Part shown: positions 63,391-64,000 of the stretch, one piece after another
How positions within the stretch are numbered: position 1 is the stretch's first letter
Layout: each line of letters opens with the position of its first letter
Origin: Chiloscyllium plagiosum
Taxonomy: Eukaryota
Reading direction: 5' to 3'
NCBI RefSeq assembly: GCF_004010195.1
Contig: NC_057716.1
Coordinates: forward strand, 10,784,064-10,848,063
Length of the DNA stretch: 64,000 nucleotides
The notes under the pieces: model-generated
What the model saw: only the letters and a program-made list of their open reading frames with translations
What the model was told of the DNA's origin: nothing
Databases searched by the model: none
Translations under genes and position numbers: made by a program

Positions 63391-63969
63391 ATGACATATG
63401 CACTTACTGTTTGAAAAAATATTTTAAGGCATTTGTATGTCACCGGTTGCATTCTGCCTCCATATGATTTTAATTGTGTGAAGAAGATAACAATGGGTTA
63501 CATTCCCAATGCTATATCTGCATAGAAACTCTCGAACAGTTCCCATTACCTAATTGCCCAGCTCAATTTCCAAAAGGTCAGTGTCATGACTAAAGCTGAC
63601 TCCAAATTTGGTTAAGGTGTGGATGCACATTTCTGGAAGTGATTGCTTTACAAAGTGATATATGCAATTGCTGATTTATAACTCACAGTACATTTAGTTT
63701 TCTAATTGTGCTCCATAGACCTTAAGCATTTATCATTGAGTATGATTGCATGGTGAAATTATAATGCAATGTTGAGGAGTGATGTTTGTTAAAACTGATT
63801 ACAGTCCATACCCATTTTCATGTATTAATGAGTGTCCTATTGTTATATATTATCTTTCATTTAGTTCTAAATTTCAGTTTTGCTGAAACCATATGGGTGC
63901 AGTAAGCAGAGGGGAAGGGGAGATGGACTCTTTTGTGGTTATGAAAAGAAAATCAAGGAGAAAAGATAC

Positions 63970-63993
63970 ATGAATGAATGAGTGAATGAATGA
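63970..63993. repeat. (TGAA)n microsatellite
   Basis: atgaatgaatgagtgaatgaatga. Confidence 0.6.
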
Positions 63994-64000
63994 TTTTATT

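Overview
Eukaryotic vertebrate DNA, very probably an elasmobranch (shark): it carries HE1-type V-SINEs, CR1/HER1-type LINEs and shark-type gamma-crystallins. The assembly is a draft with three N gaps (3047-3106, 6034-6896, 10758-11298). The window is a tandem array of five 3-exon gamma-crystallin genes, all on the minus strand (coding exon 1 = 9 nt, exon 2 = 243 nt, exon 3 = 276 nt, 175 aa). Copies 1 (9580-13090), 3 (39922-41873) and 5 (61420-63252) are intact. Copy 2 has lost the 3' third of exon 2 and its donor. Copy 4 has a 23-nt frameshift deletion at nearly the same spot. Exons are about 96% identical between copies, while introns and flanks are barely alignable. Two promoter/intron classes alternate (A,B,A,B), copy 5 is a B-promoter/A-intron mosaic, and the three B-promoter copies have a GC-AG intron 1. 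The intergenic DNA is mostly transposon debris: CR1 LINEs, V-SINEs, a Tx1-clade 3' end with a 14-bp TSD, Rex1, Gypsy and solo LTRs. It also holds several Penelope-like families whose ends carry minimal hammerhead ribozyme motifs, often as short palindromic insertions with 12-17 bp target duplications. All alignments were done by eye and repeat family names are family-level recognitions, not database hits.
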